A DNA stretch of 64,000 nt from Octopus vulgaris. Lineage: Eukaryota. Below are positions 1-11,497 of the stretch, piece by piece. Within the stretch, counting starts at the first letter, position 1; every line of letters begins with the position of its first letter. The stretch lies in NCBI GenBank assembly GCA_951406725.2, contig OX597815.1, positions 86,676,001 through 86,740,000 of the forward strand, written 5' to 3'. A program made the translations under genes and the position numbers. The notes under the pieces were generated by a model, which searched no databases, was not told the origin of the DNA, and saw only the letters and a program-made list of their open reading frames with translations.

Positions 1-78
1 CCATCTCTCTCCCCCTTCTCTCTCCCATCTTCCTCCTCTCCCTCTCTCCCCCTTCTCTCTCCCATCTCCCTCCTCTCC

Positions 79-140
<62 letters not shown>
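1..140. repeat. pyrimidine-rich / (CT)n microsatellite
   Basis: Short CCCATCTC/CTCT repeats grading into pure (CT)n. Confidence 0.9.
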
Positions 141-142
<2 letters not shown>

Positions 143-654
143 TTATCTATCTATCTATCTACCCATACTGTCTTCCCTGTCTTGGTGATTAGGCTTTATC
201 TCCTGCAATCAGGCCTTATTCTTTTTTTATTCCTTCCCACCTCCTTCCCGTCTCTATTTCCGTTTTGTCTATCCTCTCCCCATTCACTTTCTCTGTTTAT
301 ATTAGGTTAAACATATTCCTCTTATTCTCACAGCTCCTCTTCTATTATCTATATTTCTCTGTGTTTTATATTTTGATCTATCTCTCTAACATTCTCTACC
401 TCTAACTGTATCTAACTGTATTCCATTTAACTTTGATATTCCCTCTCATACTCTTTGCGTTATCGACCTTCTATAATGCTGCTCCTCACGTTACCCTCTT
501 TCTTTGCCCATCCATTATTCTCGTTCTTTTTCTTTCCCATACAGCATTACTTTCTTTTTGCTCCTCCTCTTCCATCACCACTCTAACCCATGCTCATTGT
601 CTCTCTCTTCAAATAAACTATTTTAAAACATTGTCGATTACAAATCCGTTTGTA

Positions 655-995
655 TTCTTTTATTTGCTTCAGTCACTTGACCTTCTGGCCATGCTGGAGC
701 ACCGTTTTTAGTCGAACAAATCGACCACAGGACTTATTTTTTGTAAGCCGAGTACTTATTCTATCCACGTCTTTTTGCCGAACCGCTAAGTTACGGGGAC
801 ATAAACACAAGTGATGGTGGGACGACAAACACAGACACACAAATACTCACACACACACACATACACACACACATATATACGACGGGCTTCTTTCAGTTTC
901 CGTCTACCAAATCCACTCATAAGGCTTTGGTTGGCCCGAGGCTATAGTAGGAGTCACTTGCCCAAGGTGCCACGCTGTGGGACTGAGCCCATGTG
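655..995 (-). mobile_element. tRNA-derived SINE, family A, lacking the extreme 5' end
   Basis: Reverse complement aligns by eye to the full copy at 55607-56030 (CCTTGGGCAAGTG...GGATTTGGTAGACGGAAACTGAAAGAAGCCCGTCG...GGTGCTCCAGCATGGCC). Confidence 0.85.
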
Positions 996-2764
996 AAAGG
1001 CGATCCACTTTCCTTTGTAACTATTGTAATTGCTACATGTATAGCTTATACTGTTTTAGTGTCTGTTTTCATAATTCTACATTTTGTGTATTCTGTTGCT
1101 AATTTTCCCTGTGTCTTGTCATTAGGTTGGTCTTCTGTTCATGAATAGGAAGAACTACTATAGAACTTAATTATTTATCAATTTCCACCTTGGCTTTATT
1201 ATTGTATTTAATTTTATTTAAAATAAATTCTCTCATTAAATCTTTCTGACTTTTATTCAAAGTTTCCCTTGTGTGGATACGGTTTTGATTTTATTGACCA
1301 GTATTCTATAGATATTTAAGTCGTGTTTCTCGTTTTGTTTGTTTAATATGCTCTAGATATATCTTTCAAACGTTGCATTTTGCGTGGTTTTTATGGATCA
1401 AATTCAAACTACGCAGTGTAGTAATATAATATACATTCCGATTTATGAAGCCTCTCCACCTCTAATGAAAATTTAAATAAAAATTTGCGCTTCAAGTTCA
1501 TTCTTTTCTTTTTTCTGTTACCAGGCAGCAGAATATGGTAATGTATTTTAGCGTTTCTATATAGACAATTTGTTTCTTCCGTTTCTAAGGCGTTTAGTCA
1601 TTCCGTCTGGCTCCACCTCGAATTAGAAATATTGACAGACTTCAGTAGTTGTTATTGTTGGTTACTTGCATAAAAGAAAATCAATTTTTGCCATAGAACT
1701 TTTCATATTGTTACACGAAGATCAAAGTGAAGGAAATATAAAATTGGTATGTGACTATCGTGTAATTAACTTTAACGCTCCCGATAACTAATTTATGCTC
1801 TTATAATGTACGTTTCTTGGCCTTTCTATTTTAAATATTAGCCCTATTTTCTAAAATAATTACGTATCCACTTTATTACATTCGCTTTATGTGCTATGGA
1901 CTAGACAATGCAGCACAAAAAGAACAATTACGACCTTAAAATATAAAAGAACGAACTTCAATAGTTACTACAATGCCTAGACATCAAATATTACTTCTTA
2001 ATAATATTAGTCATTTAGCAGTCAATATTATTCAGTATCAGTATTCAAAACAATATCTCTGTGTATTTTTAAACCAAATCAAAACCACTACAACTATACC
2101 TTCCGCCACCAACAACATTAACTGCATTAGTTTTCTATTTAGTAAAGTTTTACTATCAGTTAGTGACCTTCTGTTTACGCTAACAATTTTGATTTCTTTA
2201 CAACTAGTATAAACTTAAGTATCAAGGGAAATTGTATAGTGCAACGTTCAAGCTCTTCCAAAGTGTTTAACTGAATTGAATATTTTCATCTTCTGCTCTG
2301 TATTCGAGTGGCACGTAAGGATAAGTAATATTAAATATTAAAAAAATCTATTTGGATAAGCCGAAATATAAATTTTTATTAGGTACCACAAAAGAGTTTG
2401 CTAATTACAAAACTTTATTACTGTATTTTAGCACGGTAAACTATTGGTAAAAACCGCATCATCTCACAGAAAGTCTGAAAGCTGAAGTCAGTCAAAGCTA
2501 GAATTGAACTTGGGAAACTAAGGTACCGAGCAGTGTACAGAAAATTATCCAGTTCATGGTTTCACTGTTATTGTTCATTCTAAGGAAAATCAATGGACAT
2601 ATTGGATAGGGCCACATTTGTGTATACGCCCACAATGTGTTGCGTTGCACAACCAGAAGAAATATATGATCAAATATTAAGTTAATGAATGGGATCAAAG
2701 TAAACATTTTGTTACTTAGCTTAAATCGTAAATTATTTAATAATATTTATAGTCATCAATTTCT

Positions 2765-4338
2765 AAAATAAGATCAGAGGGTACTTGATTCAAAACGTTT
2801 CAAGATCCAGTTCTTTGAAGTCTTCCTTAGCTGGTGAGTTGAACTTCAGCTCAAGAAACTCCTCTTGCACTTCATCCAAAACATCAGTCACTTCACACTG
2901 AAATTGTTTCCTGATGAATTTCCAAGCTTTAGGCTTTTCATCTATATCTGGGAAGTATCTGACGAATTCTGTTTTCAAATCAGTTAGATGAGTGATTATT
3001 TGTTGCTTTAAATCAGAATCAAGGTTACCGTGAATGAGAGCAGAATCCAAGTAACTAAAACTGGCTATATTTCCCAGCTGAATTCGACATTTCCAGAGGT
3101 CGAGTTTGGCCATGAAGATTCGAATGGTGTCGTGGTTCGTGAGAATTTTGATGTTTTTCTCTTGCAGTTTAAGGTCGATGGCATTCAATGCTTCGAAGTT
3201 GTCCACCAGGCAAGCTAGGGATAACTGAAAGCCTTCAGACTGGAACTTGTCATGGAAATCTGCCTTTTGCTGCAAATCTAGAAATATTGCTACTTCCCGT
3301 AGTTCATAAAGCGGTCCAAGCATGTTCCCGTTTGATAGCCATCGTACGTTCATGCGAAAATGCAATGCTTCATGTTCAGATGACATATCTTTACACAACA
3401 GTTTGAAAAGCCGACTATTTAAGGTCCCACCTTTAACAAAGTTAACAACTTTGATAGTCACGTTCAGGACATTTCTCATTTCAGTAGGTAAAGTTCTGAA
3501 TGTTAAGGCTTCACGATGAAGTATGCAGTGTGTACCTACAACAGTTGATTTTTTTCTTTCATCCTAGTAATGAGTCCAGACTGCAGACCAACCATGGCTG
3601 GAGCTCCATCAGTGCACACCGCTACCAGCGAATCCAACGAAAATTGGTTTTCCTGAAAGAAGTTTCATGCATCACGAAAAATAGCTACTGCTGTTGTACA
3701 ACTATCCATAGGGTGACAGAACAACATTTCCTCTTTTACACAGTTGCCCGACACAAAATGAGCATACACCAGTAGCTGAGAACACTAAGCGATGTCAGCC
3801 GTTTCGTCACACTGGATGGCAAAAAGAGGAGAATCTCTTACTTGGTCGAGAATTTGATCTTTGATATCTTGAGTTAAGTCGTTGAACTTCCCTTGACTGT
3901 AGCGTTCAATAGTGAAATCTGGGAAAGCTTGTTTGCACTATCTTTCCCTAGAATGTGTTCTACTGCACGGAGTAGACTAGATTTTATGAGAGTCTCCCCG
4001 CGATTATGACTCTTCTTGCTATTTGCAATCAACATGGCGATCTCATAGAAAGCCTCAACAATCATTGACGTTTGTTGCCGAAATGCCTCACTACCGTCAA
4101 ACTTAACTTACTTCAAGGAATGTTTTTTTGTTTTTGTTTCAAAGGATTCCTTGGGCTTGTCTACAAAAGCAGGATGTGTTGTCCTCAAGTGGCGTTCCAA
4201 GTATGAGGGTCACATCCCATCATTGCTCAAAGTTTTGTAACATATCATACACTGGGGGACTTGTGTGCCACCCTTTTGAAAAGACACGAATCCAAATCGA
4301 ATATATTCGTCAAGATACTTCCGTTTCTTTGCACTCAT
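2765..4338 (-). pseudogene. degenerate hAT transposase, Buster/Charlie (ZBED5/ZBED8/FAM200-like) group
   Basis: Minus-strand motifs: MSAKKRKY..EYIRFGF..PQCMICYKTL (BED finger), FAIQCDETAD, CTDGAPAM, THCILHREAL, VVNFVK..LNSRLF..VRWLS. Stops and frameshifts present; C-terminal dimerisation domain missing. Confidence 0.88.
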
Positions 4339-5155
4339 TGAAAATTATTTGGTGTACAGTGAGCAACACAAGTATGTGAACAATAGATAAGCCACAAGTA
4401 AGATAATGTCAGGTCCCAAGTTAGAACACTTGGAGTAAAAAGTTCTGAAAAAAATTAAATCAAAAACATTTGGAATAATAGTTATATTAGAAGAAAAAAA
4501 GTTATACGAAAAATTTGTACAATAAAATATTATATCTATTTGTACGAAAATATCAAAAAAGTTTCTTTAAAAAAGAAAAGATTTCTTTCTGTAATAATTA
4601 AATCTGAATTTTATTTTAACATTTAGTATTATAGCATAATGTTTTCTTACAAAAATAAATTACTATATTTCTAACTAAAAATTTTGGTTTTATTGTCAAA
4701 ATTTTTCATTTTTCAATCTGTGTTTTAATTTTTTTGAGACTTTATTTAATTGAGTGACAGTAGAATCTATTACATACTTTTTGTTTTATTTTCTATTTTT
4801 AAATATATCATTCTTTTCATCTTGCTAAAATTTTTAAACAGTTTTCAATTTTTTAAAATTAAATTAAGATTTCTTAGTATGTTACTATAATGATTTGATA
4901 ATGTTTCAGCATGTCTCTTGATTTTTAAGAATCACATTATTTGATATATATGAAACAGTGAATCAAACTTATTTATTAACTGAAAAATATGTTTTGTCTT
5001 TACGAAATAAAGAAAATGGTATGCGGCGCTAAGATAGCAAAATGAGAAAACTAAAGGTATACGGTAATACTTCTGCATTTTTTCATAAACTTCTCATTAA
5101 TTCACCATGCTCTTGTTAAGATAATAACAAATATAATCAGAGAAATTCCTGCTTT

Positions 5156-5373
5156 ATTTACATCATTTACATTTGAAGGATATTTGTCCTCATCTTGTTT
5201 GTTGTTGACACGGCGTTTCGGCTGATATACACATCAGCCTTCATCAGATGTCTTGGGGAAATTTCGAACCTGAGTTCTCGTTCCTAAGATATACTCATGG
5301 GCAAATGGCGTATTGATTCAGAGCGCGGGCTACTAACCCCAAGATTCTTAGTTCGCCTCCAGGCAGTAATTTC

Positions 5374-5447
<74 letters not shown>

Positions 5448-5648
5448 CAACAACAACAACAGCAACATCGAAAAATACCTTAGGAATGAGAACCCAGGTT
5501 CGAAATTTCGCCAATACACCTGATGAATGCTGGAGGGTACGTCAGCCCAAGCGTTGTGTCAACAACAAACAAGATGAGAATAAATTCCGTCAAATGTAAA
5601 TAATGTAAATAATGTACATAATTCCTCATCTTTTAAATATAGAACTGT
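5156..5648 (+). mobile_element. non-autonomous fold-back retroelement (PLE pLTR-like): tRNA-like head, (AAT)n and hammerhead motif
   Basis: Inverted arms ~5156-5291 and ~5478-5610; 13-bp TSD AAATTCCTGCTTT at 5143-5155 and 5649-5661; related copies at 51793-52285 and 47462-47590. Confidence 0.75.
5207..5252 (-). ncRNA. minimal type I hammerhead ribozyme motif
   Basis: Minus strand GACAT-CTGATGA-A-GGCTGAT-gtgtat-ATCAGCC-GAAA-CGC-C-GTGTC. Core and stems I/II present; U16.1 is C in this copy. Confidence 0.65.
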
Positions 5649-5762
5649 AAATTCCTGCTTTTTCTTATCGGCTCGCGCCCCCTTGGAAGTTACTTACGCC
5701 CCCAATACCATTTGGGAGTGATGGACATTGATATATATATATATATATATATATATACATTT

Positions 5763-5899
<137 letters not shown>

Positions 5900-7841
5900 C
5901 TTTACACTGCCAGTTGTCTTGAGAAATTTATGAACGTCACAATATTCTTTTATTCCCGCTTGGAAGTTTTGTACCAAAACGAAATAAGTTAATGTTATGT
6001 TATGAGATGCTCACCGAGTCAAAATAAAATTAGTGTCAGTACTGTGAGGTGCTCACCTTTATATAAGTTTTAACTGAAACCCTTTCTAGCACTGTATTTT
6101 AATCCGAAGTTTAAAGGTTTCACATTTTGCAACGAAATACGGCACGACTGTTACAAATCTGTTTTTATTTACACTATTATGTTCATATTTTTGGATTTTA
6201 TAAGAGGTCAGTGTTACAACAATTGGGATGTATTCAGTGTTACAACAATTGGGCTGTAAAACGAGTATTCTTTGTTGTAATCTATTTATGATTCTGTATT
6301 AACAGAAATTTACTTCACGTGTGCCATCTTTGCCTTTGATTATCTCATGGATGTTATGATATGCCATCTATAACCCTTATAAAAATATAAGATCTTTGAA
6401 TCTAACAAAATAAAAATAAAACACAGAAACATACTCAGTATCGGCGGTCTCAGGCATTTGTGAAGGTGTTTTGATGAATTTTGCTTTACTTACAAATTTT
6501 CTGACTGCATTTATTACTTAAAACAAAAATCTACGATAAATAAGACATAACGATCCTATGTAATAAATACCTTCTTATAAGCTTGGGTAGTTTACGTTTA
6601 TGATTTATCTTGAGAAGGTGGTGAGAGTCCCGGTGAATTGAATCTAATACGAGTTATTCGATTCCCTATGAGAAGCAACTGCGTATATCCGAGCCTTAGT
6701 TCCTCTGAAAAACGTCTCAATAAAACGCAATATCATTCTGCCCACGATTTTTGAATAAATATAATGTTTTTATTTACCAGTTACAATCTCGAAATTACAT
6801 CCAGTTTTGAACGTCTCGGCATTTTATACTACTCAAATTTTATAAACTAATATAGTTTTCCGTTTTATAATGAATTTACGTGGTTTATTATATTCTTTAG
6901 TACACTTAATTCAAATTTTACTTCAGTTAATTGCACTAAATAATTTTGAGATGTTTCAAGCATTTGAAATATTCGAGCATATGCCATTATACGCCAAATT
7001 CTGAAAATTGCCATTTTACACTCACTTCTCAAAGTCATAGCCTGCATTTTTTAGGTTCCTTGTCATGTTTAAACTTATTGATCTAACGAAAAGCTACAAA
7101 TTATAAATCCATAGAAATCGTCAGCTTTGCTAAATTGCTTATTCACGGAATTGTGACAAATTATAAAAATATTTCTTTACTCAAATCACAGCATGTAGTG
7201 ATACAGAATATTACAAGTTAGAATACTTAAAATATATAAATTCAGTGTATTTTTATGTCTAGAGCTAGGCATATAATTTTGGACATATTTCATCTTATAT
7301 AATTAAAATATAAGCATATATATGAGAATCCTTTATGATTCCTGATTTCGTACTTTTCTGCATTAATCCATCAATATTGAATGATCTCATGCATTTCGTG
7401 ACAGCAAACACATGCTATCTGCCAGCATCAGGGCATTTGAATATCTCTGAGTAACTGATACTCAAAGATTCGGAAGGACATTATTGACATAAGAATCGCC
7501 GACTTGGAATAAAGCTTCATTTCAAACAAAAGGCAAGCTTTCCCAAACACATGGTATGTCAAAGAATATTGAGTCATATCTCAGAGAAGAATTCGTATAA
7601 AAGATAGCAATACGATATATTAGACTTGTACATCAATTAAAATTGCAGCTATAAATCACCGTTATAAAATAGGATAGGAAAGGATCTGAGACAATGATTT
7701 ATATCTGACGTTATCAAAGTCTTCTGACATCAGCTGATGGTCAACTGCCGAATATATTTAAACGGCCAAATCCTTAACTGTGAGTGCATACTGTGTGTGC
7801 TTGCGAGTATATACACATTGCATACACACGCATACACACAG

Positions 7842-7941
<100 letters not shown>

Positions 7942-8236
7942 GTACATGAACGTTTAATTGCGTCGAAACATGCGATGTATATGGTTTATTGAAATTAAAC
8001 TCTTTAAGCTTTACGCCACATTAATCTTTTGACATCCGAATCATATATGTGTGAGTGTGAATGTGCATGCGGGCCCATGTATTTACACACATACACGTGC
8101 ACGTGCACACACAAACACACACACACACATACACATACAAACACACAAACGCGCGCTGGCATATGTATATATACACATATATAATGAACCGTTAATCCCT
8201 ACACATTTTTCTCTCTGCGCTTTTTCCTCTTCTTAA

Positions 8237-8275
8237 TCTTTTCTGTCGAAGAGCGTAGGCTCGAAACGTCAAAGA
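8237..8275 (+). ncRNA. hammerhead-like motif (CUGUCGA core variant) in a PLE pLTR fragment
   Basis: TCTTT(T)-CTGTCGA-A-GAGC-gtag-GCTC-GAAA-CGT-C-AAAGA; same family as 35619-35656. Confidence 0.55.
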
Positions 8276-8364
8276 CCTTTCCATTCTTCCTGAGCATTAA
8301 GTTAACACACCTACTTGTTCTTTTACCTGTCTTCGTCTTTTAATTTTCTGTAAATTTGAACTTT

Positions 8365-8563
<199 letters not shown>

Positions 8564-9619
8564 TACTAGATTTGGGAAAACAAATTTCCAAATCAATCAG
8601 GTGCAATCCTTCAGCGTTATATGCATCTACATATCGTACTTTGGGGACTTATTTATCGTATATTTATACTTTTATCTATAAATATACAAAGTATCTGATG
8701 AAAGTCAATATTGATTATATCTTTTAAGTATTATTTCGCGATGTGCAAACTAATACCATGAGTTTACTGTCAGATATACTCATTAGGTTATTTTTGTATA
8801 ATCTGAAATAGAATATCGCATGTCGATTAATCCCGCCCCCCAAAATTGAATTAATATATATGTGTGTGTGCGCGTGTGAGTGTGTGTGTGTATGTGTGTA
8901 TATACATACATATAGATATATATGGTGCGAGTGTACATATGCCCTGTCACCTATTATACCGTATGTGTATGCAAACAATATGCAATATAACTACTAATGT
9001 ATATTTCATACCGCTGTAAAACTATAAGTAGTGGATTAATCAGAACCATAAACTTTACAACATCGACAGCTGAGAGTGCCGACTAATTTCATCCTTTAAA
9101 CTCATCAGTGATAGTGTAAATTGCACTTCATTAGAGTCCTCTATATCAGCGAAAATGGAAATTAAAGCGCAAGTGATATATAAAAATAGATGCAGATTTA
9201 CACATATACATATATAAGTATAAACATATATATATACATATATATACACACACACACACACACGCACACACACATACATATATATATATGGGGGTGCGTA
9301 TGTATTTTGTATAGAGAGAGCACGATAGGGAGAGAGAGGAAGAGTCGTTGCAGTATGATAGATTGGTTAAGAGTTTCACTTATCATGAATGATTTGTTTA
9401 GAAACCCTTGAGTAGATTCTCGTGTGTAATTTTCAACAGACTTGGTTCCAGGCAATAGTTTGACGGAAACTGGAGTAGATGGAAACCTGTTGGATTGGAT
9501 GCATCTATCAATGAAACAGCCTTGTCAAACTCTGTCACGCTGTTTCTACATGAACGTTACATTAAGTTAGCATACTTAATTTGGTGGCCCTGGTAATTTG
9601 TTTATTCTAACAAGTCAGC

Positions 9620-11460
9620 CTTCATAACGCCCGCCGATTATTTTGCTTCTCTAAAACATTATTCTCTTCTTTTTTCACAGAAAAAAACTAAACGAGGTAA
9701 TGAACCTCTTACTTCAGTTTTACAATTTTTGGACTAATAGTCCATTTAAGAATTGGGGCGTTAAGCCTCTTAAACACAATAACATGCAATAAACATTAAA
9801 CATTATACAATAAAAATTATAATACTGAGGCTTTTGCAACCTCTTGTCACTCCAACATTGCTTCTGTTCGTATACTCCACCCTCCCCCACGACTCATTCA
9901 AGACCAAGGCGGGATCCGAGCCGGCCTCACCCGGCCACAAGCGATATTCCTCATTGAGTCCCTGCAGCTTATACCCCACATACACCGTTATGACCTCCAC
10001 AACTATCTGCGGAGGCCATTCGGGATCCTGTGTGAAGGTTAAAAGTACTCTTTTATGGTGCTTTTCCACCACCTCTTCTACCTCTCCGCCTCTGTAGAAG
10101 AAGACCAATAGTTCCTCTTCCTCCGGGTTCGAGGTAGACCATTCTACCGTTGGCGGCACAATTCCCTCAACTGTGTCTCTTCCCATGCCGATTGCACAAC
10201 CCCTACCGGCAAGGTTCCGGGACATTCCGGTGCTATGTCACCGACTTCCGGCAATGTCCCGTTTCTCTTCCTCTTCTTCTCTTTTTCTCTCAACTGAGGG
10301 AGGGTGCGTCTCGCCCATGACCGGGGGATTCGCCTCTCTTCCCTCATCCCTAGGATCCTTTGGTGAGCACCCATTGTTGCTCACCTTCTACCTCTTGCAG
10401 CCCTTGTTTGAGGAGTCCTCCGTCTCCTCGGCCGCTTTCATCCCTTCTTTTACAGATATCTCAATCAACTGCTCCAGGACTTTGCTTTGTTGCTGAGGAC
10501 ACTTTTTTTATATGGCCAGGCTCCAGGCACTGATGACACTTAGTGGGGGGCGACCCTCAAGAATCACCGGGTACCTGCTCCCAGCCACTTTAAAAAACTT
10601 TTGGTATAACAAGTTTCATGTTATGCAGATGTTCCGCCAACTCCTGCTCAATCATCTGCTTGGAGAAGACGGTAATGGTGTCGCAAGACCCTTCGAATAC
10701 GTCCTCAACAGCGTCCCCTCCTCTTGCTGTCTGAGCTACTCCCTAGGTGGGAGAATCTCCCACTCTACAATCTTATCCGTATTTTTTGCCATGTTTTAAA
10801 TTAAAAAGTAAAAACAATAGTTCACAAATTTCAAAAAGAAAAGAGAAAAATCAAAAGGAAACAAAAGGGGAAGAAGAGAAAAAGCAAACAGTTCAATAAA
10901 GAGTCACAATTAAAGAATAGAAGAAAACAACAGTTCAACAAAACATACCAAAAAAATCTGGGCATTCAGGTACTCGAAGCCCTATGGTACTCCGATTAGA
11001 ACCTGAACTGTTCCACTTGAAATACAGCTTTCCACTCATTGGTAAACGTAGTTGTAAAAATACACACTATTTGCAAACAGCGAACAACTCTTGGTGGCAG
11101 GATACTTCATGTGAACACTTGAAATACGACTTTCCAATAAATGGTAAATGGTAATCATACACTATTAAAAAGTGAACAACTTTTGGTTGAAGGATACGCC
11201 CAGAAACTGTACTTCTCACAATGAGAAAAAAAATTTCACTTAATGTGAACAATATTGCTGAACCGCAAGCAGACCAACATCCTGAATCCAATGAGGACTC
11301 CTTGTTTGTAAAAATTATAACCACAGAAAACAACCCCTACTGAACCCAAGAGATAAAAGTCTTACCTTGAAGCAGCAACTTTTCACTGGCTAAACACCGC
11401 CAGCTATCTACTTCAGTGCCCAACACTATGACACATGCGTACACTAACAACTAAGACTCA
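9620..11460 (-). mobile_element. ORF1/Gag-only retroelement, copy A (degenerate CCHC protein)
   Basis: ATG at 10792 (MAKNTDKIVEWE), zinc knuckle CHQCLEPGHIKKKC near 10500-10540, frameshifted. Colinear with copy B; no RT downstream. Confidence 0.7.
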
Positions 11461-11497
11461 TGGGATGTATGCAGGCTACTTGGTAAGCAAGCTACTT

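Noticed and set aside
2790-3479. Domesticated ZBED/FAM200 host gene
   Set aside because: The surrounding transposase has stops and frameshifts and a truncated C-terminus
6205-6260. Direct repeat CAGTGTTACAACAATTGGG x2 as a CRISPR-like array
   Set aside because: Only two units with an 8-bp spacer in eukaryotic DNA; probably a subterminal repeat of a DNA transposon
6590-6705. Minus-strand candidate exon after TTTTTCAG
   Set aside because: Short frames end in stops; no recognisable homology or partner exon
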